From positions 3,424,001 through 3,488,000 of the forward strand of contig OZ241863.1 of the NCBI GenBank assembly GCA_965203055.1: a stretch of DNA of 64,000 nucleotides. Direction: 5' to 3'. Shown piece by piece: positions 1 through 9,738 of the stretch. Below the pieces are notes generated by a model that saw only the letters and a list, made by a program, of their open reading frames with translations, ran no database searches and was not told where the DNA came from. This DNA is from Spirochaetia bacterium (lineage in GTDB: Bacteria > Spirochaetota > Spirochaetia > SZUA-6 > Bin103). A program made the position numbers and the translations under genes. The first letter of the stretch is position 1, and every line of letters begins with the position of its first letter.

Positions 1-102
1 GTTCCTGACAACCTGCACAACGAGATAATGCAGACGCCGTCGAAGGGGCAGTTCTTCAATACTTACATCAGGGATCAATATCCGTATTCACGGGTGGGGT
101 GA
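1..102 (+). CDS. KTSC domain protein, C-terminal part (5' truncated by window)
   Basis: Frame 1 reads VPDNLHNEIMQTPSKGQFFNTYIRDQYPYSRVG*, matching the KTSC pattern VP..vy..l..a.SKG.yfN..Ir..Y; TGA at 100-102; not in the ORF track. Confidence 0.7.
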   Translation, partial: VPDNLHNEIMQTPSKGQFFNTYIRDQYPYSRVG

Positions 103-116
103 CCGGCGGGTGATCG

Positions 117-1325
117 ATGACGATCGAATGGCCTGAGGTCGAGCGGCGCATCGCCGGCGGGGAGGACGACCGTACCGAGTTCAAGCGCGGGATCGGAGAC
201 CTGCGCGCGGTTGCCCGGACGCTGTGCGCGTTCGCCAACGGCGCCGGCGGGCTGCTCGTGATCGGCGTCGATGACCGCGGCGCGGTTGCCGGCGTGGCCG
301 CGGACGCCGAATCGGTGCAGGAACGGCTGACCGGCCTGCTGCACACCGCCTGCGGCAAGCCGGTCACCGCGCGCTGCGGGCGGCGCGACACCGGCGCCGG
401 CTGGGTGCACTGGATCGCCGTGCACCGCCATCAGCGCGGCTACGAACCGTTCGCGTACGACGGCCGCTTCTGGATCCGGCGCGGCCGCGCCACCGTCGCG
501 CCGTCGCCGTCCGAGCTGCAGGAGCTGTTCAACACCTTCGGGTTCGTGCTCACCGAGCGTCAGATCATCCCCTCGGCGACGGTCGAGGAGATCGACTTCG
601 GCGCCGTGCGCTCCTTCATGCGGGCGCAGGGCCTCGATACCGAGCGCGAGCCGCAGCCGGCGCGCGCGGACGACCTGCGCAACGCCAGCGTCGCCGACGA
701 GCTGGACGGCGCGCTGCGCCCCACGCTGTATGGCGCGATGGTGTTCGGGCGCGACCCGCAGGGGTATCCCCACACCTTGAACCTGTTCGTGCAGTGCGTC
801 CGCTACGGCGGCCTTGACCAGGCGGCCGCGGTGCTGAGCGCGGGCGAGGGCAAGGGCCGCCTGGAAGATCAGGTGACGCGCGCCATGGGGTGGTTTCGCA
901 GCCTGGGCCGGCGCGAAGTCTACGAGGGGCTCTACCGCCGCGACCTGCCGCTGCTGCCGGAGGACGCGCTGCGCGAGGCGCTGGTCAACGCCGTCATCCA
1001 CCGCGACTACGCCCTCACCGGGTCGCCGGTCCTGCTGGAGGTGTTCGACGACCGCATCGCGGTGACCAGCCCCGGCGCGCTGCCCAACCACATGACGGTG
1101 CAGCAGGCGCGCCTGGGCGGCGCGCCGCGCTCCCGCAACGAGATGATGGCGAACGCCATGGTGGTGCGCCGGCTGATGGAGCGGCGCGGGCGCGGCTGGT
1201 TGATGATGCGCCACGCCATGCGGCGCTTCAACGGGACCGAGCCGGCGCTCCACAACGACGAGCGCGACCGCTTCGTGCGGGTGACGTTCGATCTGCGGCC
1301 GGCTCCCGCGGCAGGCGGCGCGTGA
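117..1325 (+). CDS. Schlafen/AlbA_2 domain protein fused to HATPase_c_4 (RecG-C-like ATP-binding) domain
   Basis: N-terminal GEDDRTEFK...CAFANGAGGLLVIGVDD (AlbA_2); C-terminal ALREALVNAVIHRDY, SPGALP, RN, MERRGRG (HATPase_c_4). Confidence 0.85.
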   Translation: MTIEWPEVERRIAGGEDDRTEFKRGIGDLRAVARTLCAFANGAGGLLVIGVDDRGAVAGVAADAESVQERLTGLLHTACGKPVTARCGRRDTGAGWVHWIAVHRHQRGYEPFAYDGRFWIRRGRATVAPSPSELQELFNTFGFVLTERQIIPSATVEEIDFGAVRSFMRAQGLDTEREPQPARADDLRNASVADELDGALRPTLYGAMVFGRDPQGYPHTLNLFVQCVRYGGLDQAAAVLSAGEGKGRLEDQVTRAMGWFRSLGRREVYEGLYRRDLPLLPEDALREALVNAVIHRDYALTGSPVLLEVFDDRIAVTSPGALPNHMTVQQARLGGAPRSRNEMMANAMVVRRLMERRGRGWLMMRHAMRRFNGTEPALHNDERDRFVRVTFDLRPAPAAGGA

Positions 1326-3685
1326 CGGCCGACGTGACGCCGGGCGCTGCGGCGCCGGGCGTCGAAACGACGGTCGTCGAGGCGCTGGCCGCGGCGCTCG
1401 CCGGCGCCGCCCGCTTCGATCCCGATGACGTGGTGCGGCCGGCCGCGGTCCTGTGGACCGATCCCGCGGCGCAGTGGCAACCGGTCGTGCCCCACCTGCG
1501 CCGGTTCGCGCCGCACCTGCTGGCGCTCGGCGAGTACGATGCCGAGCAGCGCACCGGGCCGTCGATCTGGCTGCGCTGCGTAATCGAGCGGACCCTGGAC
1601 GCGCCCCGCATCCCCGATGCGGCGACCCCGATCCTCTATCTGCCCGGCGTGAGCCGCCAGCAACTCGGCGCGGCGCAGACCTGCCCCCGGCGCCTGCAGC
1701 CGCTGGTGGAACTGCAGTACCGCGGCGCCTGCTGGACGCAGAAGAACGGCCGAGACTGGACGGTGGAGGCATTCCTCACCTCCCGGGCCGGCGGCCTGGG
1801 GCTGGACATGGCCCGGGATGCCGCGACGCGGCAGGCAATGCTGCGCGCCGTGGCGGAGTTGGCGCTCGCGCCGCTGCCGGCGCTGCGCGGCCGGCGGCTG
1901 GACGCGCAGGACTTCGACGGTCTGTTGTCGGATGATCCGATCAAGGACCTGCTGTCCTGGCTCGGCGACCCGCAGGCGATCATGACCGGCTGGGAGGCGG
2001 CGCGCCGGGACGCCTTCGCCGCGCGCTGCCGCGCGGACTTCGACTTCGATCCCGCCGGCGACGGCGAACTGGTCGCCGCCGAGCGGCTCGGCCGGCGCGA
2101 CGGGCCATGGCAAGCGGTCTGGAACCGGTTCGCCGAGGCGCCGGCGCGGTATCCCGGGGTGCCGGCACTGCTGCGCCGCGCGCGGCCCGACGACCTGTTC
2201 GCGGAGCGCTCGTCGTGGCCGCAGGAGAACGAAGCGGACGAAGCGGCGCTGCGGCGCCGCCTTGCGGCCTGCGCCGGCCGCTCGCCCGCCGCCGCGCGCG
2301 CCGAGCTCCGCGCGCTCGAACAGGAGCACGGCCAACGCCGCGGCTGGGTGTGGGCCGCGCTCGGGCAGGCGCCGCTGGCGTACGCGCTGGAGCACGTGGC
2401 GCTGATCGCCGCGCGCACCGCGGAGCAGCTCGGCGGGGCGTCGGCCGCCGAGCTGGCCCGCGGCTACGCGGCCGGCGCGTGGCAGGTCGATGCCGCCGCG
2501 CTCGCCGCGATGGAGGCGGTGAAGTCCGCCGCCGACCGAAAGGCGGTGAGCGCGGCGCTGCAGGCCGTCTATCTGCCGTGGCTGGAAGCTGCGGCGCGGC
2601 GGCTGCAGGCGCTGGCCGAGCAGGAGCCGCGCGCCCTCCGCGACCCGCCGGAGCGCTACGCCGCGCGCGACCAACCCGGTACGGCGATCCTGTTCGCCGA
2701 CGGCCTGCGGTTCGACGTTGCGCAGCGGCTGGCCGCGCGCCTGCGCGCCGACGGCCGCACGGTGCGGGTGGAGACCCGCTGGGCGGCGCTGCCGACCGTG
2801 ACCGCCACCGCCAAGCCGGCGGTCGCTCCGGTTGCCGAACAGATCGCCGGCGCCTCCCCGGGCGAGGAGTTCCGGCCGGCAGGCGCGGACGACGGCCGCC
2901 CGTTGACCGCCGCCCGGTTCCGCAAGCTCCTGACCGCCGCCGGCTACCGGTACCTCGCCGCGGACGAGACCGGCGACCCGGCGGGCCGCGCCTGGACCGA
3001 GCACGGCCAGCTCGACCGGCTGGGCCACTCGCTGCAGGCCGGGCTCGCCGCCGGCCTCGACGACCAGCTCGGCCTGCTGCGCGAACGCGCCGGAGCGCTG
3101 CTCGACGCCGGCTGGCGGGAAGTGCGGGTGGTGACCGATCACGGCTGGCTGTGGCTGCCCGGCGGCCTGCCCAAGGTCGAGCTGCCCCGCTACCTCACCG
3201 CCACCCGCTGGGCGCGATGCGCGGCCATCGCCGGCGATTCGGCGGTCGAGACGCCGGTCGTGGCGTGGCATTGGAACGCCGGTGAACGGATCGCGGTGCC
3301 TCCCGGCGTCGCCTGCTTCACCGCCGGCTGTGAGTACGCGCACGGCGGGGTGAGCCTCCAGGAAAGCCTGATTCCGGTCTTGCGGGTCGCGGCCGGCGCG
3401 GGCGCCGCCCCTGCGCCCACCGCCATTACCGCGCTATCCTGGGTAGGGCTGCGCTGCCGGGTGCGCATCGCCGCGCCGCCGCCGGGCGCGGCCGTCGACC
3501 TGCGCACGCGGGTGGCCGACGCCGCGGCGAGCATCGACCGGGCGCGGCCGGTCGACGCGCAGGGAGCGGCGAGCCTGCTGGTGGCGGACGACGAGCTGGA
3601 AGGCGCCTCGGCCGTGGTGGTGGTGCTGGACGCCGGCGGCCGGGTCGTGGCGCGGCAATCGACCATTGTCGGGGGCGGAGATTGA
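1322..3685 (+). CDS. pglZ: BREX-1 phosphatase PglZ (type B-like)
   Basis: ILFADGLRFD, LPTVTATAK, VVTDHGW and YAHGGVSLQE alkaline-phosphatase-fold motifs; GTG start in a GTGA overlap with the upstream stop; directly followed by brxL. Confidence 0.9.
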   Translation: MTADVTPGAAAPGVETTVVEALAAALAGAARFDPDDVVRPAAVLWTDPAAQWQPVVPHLRRFAPHLLALGEYDAEQRTGPSIWLRCVIERTLDAPRIPDAATPILYLPGVSRQQLGAAQTCPRRLQPLVELQYRGACWTQKNGRDWTVEAFLTSRAGGLGLDMARDAATRQAMLRAVAELALAPLPALRGRRLDAQDFDGLLSDDPIKDLLSWLGDPQAIMTGWEAARRDAFAARCRADFDFDPAGDGELVAAERLGRRDGPWQAVWNRFAEAPARYPGVPALLRRARPDDLFAERSSWPQENEADEAALRRRLAACAGRSPAAARAELRALEQEHGQRRGWVWAALGQAPLAYALEHVALIAARTAEQLGGASAAELARGYAAGAWQVDAAALAAMEAVKSAADRKAVSAALQAVYLPWLEAAARRLQALAEQEPRALRDPPERYAARDQPGTAILFADGLRFDVAQRLAARLRADGRTVRVETRWAALPTVTATAKPAVAPVAEQIAGASPGEEFRPAGADDGRPLTAARFRKLLTAAGYRYLAADETGDPAGRAWTEHGQLDRLGHSLQAGLAAGLDDQLGLLRERAGALLDAGWREVRVVTDHGWLWLPGGLPKVELPRYLTATRWARCAAIAGDSAVETPVVAWHWNAGERIAVPPGVACFTAGCEYAHGGVSLQESLIPVLRVAAGAGAAPAPTAITALSWVGLRCRVRIAAPPPGAAVDLRTRVADAAASIDRARPVDAQGAASLLVADDELEGASAVVVVLDAGGRVVARQSTIVGGGD

Positions 3686-5736
3686 GACTCACACTCGATG
3701 ACCTGGACCGGCGCGCGGCGCAGGTGTTCGACGGGTATCTGGTACGCAAGGACCTGGTTCGCAAGTACAGCCGCCAGTATCCGGTGCCCACCTACGTCGT
3801 CGAGTTTCTGCTCGGCCGCTACTGCGCCACGACCGACGAGCGGGAGATCGAGGAGGGGCTGGAGATCGTCGAACGGCAGCTTGCCGACCGCACGGTGCGC
3901 ACCGGCGAGGAGGAGCTGGTCAAGGCGCGGGCGCGCGACCGCGGCTCCATCAAGCTGATCGACCTGGTCAAGGCGCGCCTGGACGCGCGCACCGACTCGC
4001 TGCTGGCCGAGCTTCCCGCGCTGGCGATCCGGGACGCCCGCATCGACGACGATCTGGTGCGGCGGCACGAGCGCATGCTCACCGACGGCTTCTACGCCGA
4101 GGTCACCCTGAGCTACGACGCGGCCATCGCGCAGGAGAAGAACGGACGCCCGTTCGCGATCGATGCCGTGCGCGCCATTCAGCTTTCGCACGCCGACGTC
4201 CTGGAGACCCTGCAGCGCGCCCGCCGCGAGCTCGACAGCGGCCAATGGCGGCGCCTGCTGTTGCGCAGCGTCGGTCTGGAGCCGGCCGCGCTCAGCGCGC
4301 GGGCGCAGTTGGTCGCGCTGGTGCGCATGGCGCCGTTCGTGGAGCGCAACTACAACCTGGTGGAGCTGGGGCCGCGCGGCACCGGCAAGAGCCACCTGTT
4401 CCAGCAGATCTCCCCCTACGCCCATCTGATATCCGGGGGCAAGGCGACGGTGGCGAAGATGTTCGTCAACAACGCCACCGGCCAGCGGGGGCTGGTCTGC
4501 CAGTACGACGTGGTCTGCTTCGACGAGATTTCCGGCGTCTCCTTCGATCAGAAGGACGGCGTGAACATCCTCAAGGGGTACATGGAATCGGGCGAGTTTT
4601 CGCGCGGCAAGGAGAGCATCCGCGCGGACGGCGGCGTGGTGATGGTCGGCAACCTCGATGCCGACGCCGCGCAGCAGCAACGCGCCGGCCACCTGTTCAG
4701 CCCGCTGTCCGCGGACCTGCGCGACGACACCGCGTTCATGGACCGCATTCACGCCTACGTGCCGGGCTGGGACTTCCCCAAGCTCGATCCGCGCGCGCAC
4801 TTCACCGATCACTTCGGACTGGTCAGCGACTTCCTGGCGGAGTGCTGGAGCCGGCTGCGCGCCGGCAGCCGCGTCCCGGCGCTGCAGGGCCGGGTGCACT
4901 TCGGCGGCGCGCTCAGCGGGCGCGACCTCACTGCGGTCAACAAGACGGTGAGCGGTCTGCTCAAGCTGCTCTACCCGGACCCGGCGATGCCGGTGCCGGA
5001 CGACGAGCTGGAGGAGCTGGTGCGCATCGCCCTGGAAGTGCGCCGCCGCGTCAAGGAGCAGCAGAAGCGGGTGTTCAAGAGCGAGTTCCGCAACACCCAC
5101 TTCAGTTACGCCCTGGGCGAGGCCGGGATCGAACGGTTCGTGTCCACGCCGGAGCTGGGCAGCGACGATGCCATCGACCCGGATCCGCTGCCGCCGGGTC
5201 AGGTGTGGGGCATCGGCCCCGGCGGGCCGGAGACCGGCCCGGCGCTCTACCGCATCGAGGTGACGGTCGGCCCGGGCAGCGGCGTCCGCATCCTCAACGC
5301 CCCGGTACCGCCGGCGTTCCGCGAGAGTACCCGCTACGCCGAGCAGAACCTGTACGCCCGCGCGCGCGAGCTGGTCGGCGACCGCGACCCGCGCGCCCAC
5401 GAGTTTTCGGTGCAGCTCCGCGCCATGGACCACGACCGCTCCGGCGCGGCGCTCGGGCTGCCGGCGCTGCTGGCGCTGTGCGGCGCGCTGCTGGAGCAGA
5501 GCCTCAAGGGCGGCCTGATCGTGGTCGGCGGGCTCAACCTGGGCGGATCGGTGGAACCGCTCGCCAATGCGGTCGGCGTCGTCGAAGCGGCGGTCGAGAA
5601 GGGCGCCGGCACGGTGCTGCTCCCCGTTTCGGCGCGCCGGCGCCTGTTCGACCTCTCCGACGACATGGCCACGCGCGTCAATCTGCAGTTCTACGGCGAC
5701 GCGCCCGACGCCCTGTTCAAGGCCCTCCTGAAATAG
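3682..5736 (+). CDS. brxL: BREX system Lon-like AAA+ protein BrxL
   Basis: VPTYVVEFLLGRYC N-terminus, Walker A GPRGTGKS, Walker B VVCFDE, DTAFMDRIH, C-terminal Lon-like domain; TTGA overlap with pglZ. Confidence 0.93.
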   Translation: MRLTLDDLDRRAAQVFDGYLVRKDLVRKYSRQYPVPTYVVEFLLGRYCATTDEREIEEGLEIVERQLADRTVRTGEEELVKARARDRGSIKLIDLVKARLDARTDSLLAELPALAIRDARIDDDLVRRHERMLTDGFYAEVTLSYDAAIAQEKNGRPFAIDAVRAIQLSHADVLETLQRARRELDSGQWRRLLLRSVGLEPAALSARAQLVALVRMAPFVERNYNLVELGPRGTGKSHLFQQISPYAHLISGGKATVAKMFVNNATGQRGLVCQYDVVCFDEISGVSFDQKDGVNILKGYMESGEFSRGKESIRADGGVVMVGNLDADAAQQQRAGHLFSPLSADLRDDTAFMDRIHAYVPGWDFPKLDPRAHFTDHFGLVSDFLAECWSRLRAGSRVPALQGRVHFGGALSGRDLTAVNKTVSGLLKLLYPDPAMPVPDDELEELVRIALEVRRRVKEQQKRVFKSEFRNTHFSYALGEAGIERFVSTPELGSDDAIDPDPLPPGQVWGIGPGGPETGPALYRIEVTVGPGSGVRILNAPVPPAFRESTRYAEQNLYARARELVGDRDPRAHEFSVQLRAMDHDRSGAALGLPALLALCGALLEQSLKGGLIVVGGLNLGGSVEPLANAVGVVEAAVEKGAGTVLLPVSARRRLFDLSDDMATRVNLQFYGDAPDALFKALLK

Positions 5737-5756
5737 ACGGGATAGTCGATGACGAT

Positions 5757-6467
5757 ATGATGATGTCTGCCGTGCGAAAGACCTGGACGTTGGTGATCCT
5801 GGCCGCCTTGCTGGCCGGTTGCAGCAACGACAGCGCCGACGTCGCCGAGGTAACCGTCGTCGCTTCCTCGGGCGCCGCGTCGATCAAGGGGGAGGTCTGG
5901 GCCGACAACTGGTTTGCCTTCTACCTGGGCGAACGCCTGATCATCGAGGACTCGACGCCGATCACGACGGAGCGCTCGTTCAATGCCGAGGCGTTAGTCT
6001 TCAACGCCGATTACCCGTTGCAACTCAATTTCGTCGCCAAGGACTTCAAGCAGGACGATACCGGTCTGGAATACATCGGCCGCCGCAACCAGCAGATGGG
6101 CGATGGCGGACTGATCGCGCAGTTTACGGATACCGCCACCGGAGCGACGGTCGCCGTCACGAATGCTTCGTGGCGATGCCTGGTGATTCACGAGGCGCCG
6201 CTCGACCGCGCCTGCGAAGGCGCGGCCGAACCGGTGGCCGGCGTCAGCCCATGCCGTTTTGCGGCGCTGGCAGAGCCGGATGGCTGGCGCCTGCCTGGAT
6301 TCGACGACGCCGAATGGCCGTCAGCGGTGGAGTACAGCGCAGCCGAAGTGAGACCGAAGGATGGCTATGAGGCGATCGAATGGCGGGACGAGGCGCGGTT
6401 GATCTGGACCGCCGATCTCGAGACGCACAACACGTTGCTGTGCCGCCTCACCGTCGACCAACCCTGA
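5757..6467 (+). CDS. hypothetical lipoprotein
   Basis: Signal peptide with lipobox LLAGC; globular body with WADNWF and QQMGDGG segments and several Cys. Confidence 0.7.
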   Translation: MMMSAVRKTWTLVILAALLAGCSNDSADVAEVTVVASSGAASIKGEVWADNWFAFYLGERLIIEDSTPITTERSFNAEALVFNADYPLQLNFVAKDFKQDDTGLEYIGRRNQQMGDGGLIAQFTDTATGATVAVTNASWRCLVIHEAPLDRACEGAAEPVAGVSPCRFAALAEPDGWRLPGFDDAEWPSAVEYSAAEVRPKDGYEAIEWRDEARLIWTADLETHNTLLCRLTVDQP

Positions 6468-6487
6468 CGGCGGGCGGCGCCAGGGGC

Positions 6488-6925
6488 CTAGGGGGCCGAG
6501 CCCCAGCGCCAGCCGGGCAGCGCGGCGGCCTGCCGGATCCACGCCGCCATCTGCGCCTCGTCGAGCTTGCCCTCGTAGATGTCGATCCAGCGCGCGTCCT
6601 TGTCCTTGCCCGCTCCGGGCGGAACCGGCTGCAGCAACGCGCCCTGGAAGAACGTCACCTTGACGTAGCGGGTAAAGACGTGGAACGACACGAACCAGCC
6701 CTGGCCGTCGATGCCGTAGAAGGGCGAGTTCCAGCGCACCGCCTTCCGTACTTCCGGCGCATTGCGCGCGATCAGCTCGTCGAGGCGGCGCCCAAGGCCG
6801 CTCTTCCAGCCCGGCATCGCCGCGAGGTACGCCTGCACGGGAGCATCGCCGTCCCCCTTCGCAATCTGCGGGTTGCCCCCCGACAGCAGAACCGGCTCCC
6901 CACTAGGTCGACTTCGCGCGTTCAC
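6488..6925 (-). CDS. DUF1801 (YdhG-like) protein
   Basis: LLSGGNPQIAKGDG, KAVRWNSPFYG, VTFFQGALL, W..QAAALPG are typical of DUF1801. Confidence 0.8.
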   Translation of the reverse strand: MNARSRPSGEPVLLSGGNPQIAKGDGDAPVQAYLAAMPGWKSGLGRRLDELIARNAPEVRKAVRWNSPFYGIDGQGWFVSFHVFTRYVKVTFFQGALLQPVPPGAGKDKDARWIDIYEGKLDEAQMAAWIRQAAALPGWRWGSAP

Positions 6926-7025
6926 GGTAGTAGTCGCGTATAGTACCGAAGAACCTCGCCAGTCGGAATGCGGTGTCCGCGGTAACCGGCATCCCTTCGC
7001 GGCGGGCCGGAGCTCCGGGGCGCGG

Positions 7026-8099
7026 CTACCGGGCGCGGTGGGCGGCCATCTGGGCGGCGCAGAGGATCGCCTGCACCATGCTGGCCTCGGAGGCGCGGCC
7101 GGTGCCGGCTACGTCGAACGCGGTACCGTGGTCCACCGACACCCGGATCACCGGAATGCCGAGCGTGACGTTGACCCCGTCGACGGCGCTCCACTCCTGC
7201 GCGGCGTTGTCCCACCGGAAGCCCACGACCTTGGCCGGAATGTGGCCCTGGTCGTGGTACATCGCCACCACCAGATCGAAGTAGCCGCCGTTCGCCTGCG
7301 GGAACAGCGTATCGGCCGGCAGCGGCCCCTCGACCGCAATGCCATCCTCCCGCGCCGCGCGTACCGCGGGCAGGATCGCGGTCGCTTCCTCGCGGCCGAA
7401 CAGACCGCCGTCGCTGGCGTGGGGGTTCAGTCCCGCCACCCCGATGCGCGGCCGCGCGAAGCCGAGCATCTGTCCGGCGCCGTGCGCCAGCCGGATCACG
7501 GTCTCCACCCGCTCGCGGGTGACGCGCGCGCACGCCTCGCGCAACGCCACGTGAGTGGACACGTGCACCACCCGCAATGCCCCTGCCATCAGCAGCATGG
7601 CGTAGTCGCGGCTGCCGGTGAGATGGGCGTAGATCTCGGTCTGCCCGGCGAAGTGATGACCGGCGCGGTTCAACGCTTCCTTGTGGATCGGCGCCGTTAC
7701 GGTGGCCGCGGCCGCCCCTGTCTGCGCCAGCCGCACCGCGCCGGCGATAGCGCGGTAGCCGGCGGCGCCGGCCGCCGCCGACACCTCGCCGCGGCGCAGG
7801 TCAGCCGCCGGCGGCCCGCCGCTCGCCACCACGTTGATGCGCCCTCGGTCCCATGCCGCGGCGTCCGCCGCCCCCGGCGCGCCCGCCACTGCCGCCACCG
7901 CGGCGCCGCTGCCGCAAATCCGCGCCGCGGCCTCCAGCACCGCCGGATCGCCCACCACCAGCGGCCGGCAGACGCGCCACACCGCCTCGTGGCGCAGCGC
8001 CTTGACCGCCACTTCCGGCCCCACCCCGGCCGGGTCGCCCATCGTGATCGCCACCACCGGCAGTTCGCCGGCGCCGGTTTCAGCCCTGCTGTCGGCCAT
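7026..8099 (-). CDS. pdxA: 4-hydroxythreonine-4-phosphate dehydrogenase family (PdxA/PdxA2)
   Basis: ITMGDPAGVGPE, TAPIHKEA, GLNPHA, AMYHDQGHIP, SVDHGTAFD. Confidence 0.93.
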   Translation of the reverse strand: MADSRAETGAGELPVVAITMGDPAGVGPEVAVKALRHEAVWRVCRPLVVGDPAVLEAAARICGSGAAVAAVAGAPGAADAAAWDRGRINVVASGGPPAADLRRGEVSAAAGAAGYRAIAGAVRLAQTGAAAATVTAPIHKEALNRAGHHFAGQTEIYAHLTGSRDYAMLLMAGALRVVHVSTHVALREACARVTRERVETVIRLAHGAGQMLGFARPRIGVAGLNPHASDGGLFGREEATAILPAVRAAREDGIAVEGPLPADTLFPQANGGYFDLVVAMYHDQGHIPAKVVGFRWDNAAQEWSAVDGVNVTLGIPVIRVSVDHGTAFDVAGTGRASEASMVQAILCAAQMAAHRAR

Positions 8100-8153
8100 C
8101 GCCGCTGACCATAGCATGCCCCCCGACCGGGCCGAACACCGTATACTTGCAGC

Positions 8154-9725
8154 GTGCGCCGGCTCCGGCATCTGTACATCTTTCACTACCACCTCCTGCC
8201 CGGGGGCGTAACCACGGTAATCCGGGACGGACTGCGCGCCATGCTGGGCCATGCCGCGTTGTTCCCCGACCTGCGCCGCATCACGGTGGTCACCGCGGGG
8301 CAAGCGCAAGGCGCGCTGCCGCAGGCGGACGCCGGCGACGCGCGGCTGCCGCAGGTCGCCCACGAGCGCCTCGACGCGGTTGGCTACGACGCCGCGCCAT
8401 CCACCGCGGACGACCAGCAGCGACTCGCGGCCCTGCTCCGGGAGCGCTATGGGGACGGCGTGTGGTGGGTGCACAACCACCACCTGGCCAAGAACACCCG
8501 CTTCACCGGCGCGGTGCTGGCGGCCGCCGCGGCCGGCCAACCGATGCTCCTGCAGATCCACGACTTTCCCGAGTGCGCGCGGCCCGACAACCTGCGGCGC
8601 CTGCTGCAGGAAGTTCCGGCTTCGCCCTACCCCGGCGGCGGCAACGTGCGCTACGCGGTATTGAATCGCCGCGATCAGGCCGCCTTGACCGCCGGCGGAC
8701 TGCCTGCCGGACGCGTCACGCTGTTGGCCAATCCGGTGCGGCCGGCGCCGCCGCTGCCGGAACCGGACGCGCCGCCGGCGCGGGCCGCCCGCGCCGCGCT
8801 GGCCCGCGCCGCCGCGGCGCAGCCGGCAATCGGCATCGGCAGCTACACCTCCCGGCGCCCGCTGTGGCTCTATCCGGTGCGGGTGCGGCGGCGCAAGAAC
8901 GTGTTGGAGGCAGGGCTGCTGGCGCGCTTGGCGGACGCCGAACTGATCGTCACCCTGCCCGCCTCCTCCGCCGCCGAACAGCCCTACTCGCGGCAGGTGG
9001 CGGAACTGTTCGCCGGCGGCGCCATTCCGGGCCTGTTCGGCGTCGGCGAGCGACTGGATCAGCACGGCCTGAGCTTCGACCGGCTGCTGGCCGCGGCGCA
9101 GCGCATCGTCTCACCGTCGGTGGAAGAAGGATTCGGGTTTCAGTTCGTCAACGCCCTGCAATGGCGGCGGCCGCTGCTGGCCCGGCGCCTGCCGGTGCTC
9201 GACGACCTCGCCGAGCTGCTCGCCGGCTATCCCGCAACCGTGTACGAGGAGGTGCGCTGCCCGCTGCCGGGCGCCGCCCGCCGCGCGCTGCTGGAGGCGT
9301 ACCGTCCGAGGATCGCGCGCGCCGCCGGTCTGCTGGCGGCCGGCTGGGAGGAGCGGCTGCATGCCGAGTTGGAGACGATCCTGGGGCGGGACAGCGTGGA
9401 CTTCTCGTTCCTCGGCCTGCGCTGGCAGGTAGACCTCCTGCGCCGCGCCGGCGACCGCGGCGTGCGGCGCGAGCTGGAACAGGCCAACGCGCCGCTGCTG
9501 GCGGCGCTGCGGGCCGCGCCGGAACCGGCGCCGGCCCGCGACCGGCGCATCGACGAGCTGTACGGCGCCGCGGCGTTCGCCGGCCGCGCGGCCGCCGCTC
9601 TGAGCCCGCTGCCGGCGCCCGCCGCGGACGCGGTGTCCACGGCGGACGCCGCAGCCGGGGACCCCGCGGCTGTACGCCGGTTCTTCGCCGGTCCCGCGAT
9701 GCTGCGCCTGCTGATGCAGAGCTGA
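8154..9725 (+). CDS. GT4-like (group 1) glycosyltransferase-fold protein
   Basis: HYHLLPGGVTTVI, HNHHLAKN, QIHDFPE, RRKN, SPSVEEGFG (E-x7-type GT-B motif). Confidence 0.7.
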   Translation: MRRLRHLYIFHYHLLPGGVTTVIRDGLRAMLGHAALFPDLRRITVVTAGQAQGALPQADAGDARLPQVAHERLDAVGYDAAPSTADDQQRLAALLRERYGDGVWWVHNHHLAKNTRFTGAVLAAAAAGQPMLLQIHDFPECARPDNLRRLLQEVPASPYPGGGNVRYAVLNRRDQAALTAGGLPAGRVTLLANPVRPAPPLPEPDAPPARAARAALARAAAAQPAIGIGSYTSRRPLWLYPVRVRRRKNVLEAGLLARLADAELIVTLPASSAAEQPYSRQVAELFAGGAIPGLFGVGERLDQHGLSFDRLLAAAQRIVSPSVEEGFGFQFVNALQWRRPLLARRLPVLDDLAELLAGYPATVYEEVRCPLPGAARRALLEAYRPRIARAAGLLAAGWEERLHAELETILGRDSVDFSFLGLRWQVDLLRRAGDRGVRRELEQANAPLLAALRAAPEPAPARDRRIDELYGAAAFAGRAAAALSPLPAPAADAVSTADAAAGDPAAVRRFFAGPAMLRLLMQS

Positions 9726-9738
9726 GCCGGCGCCTGCG

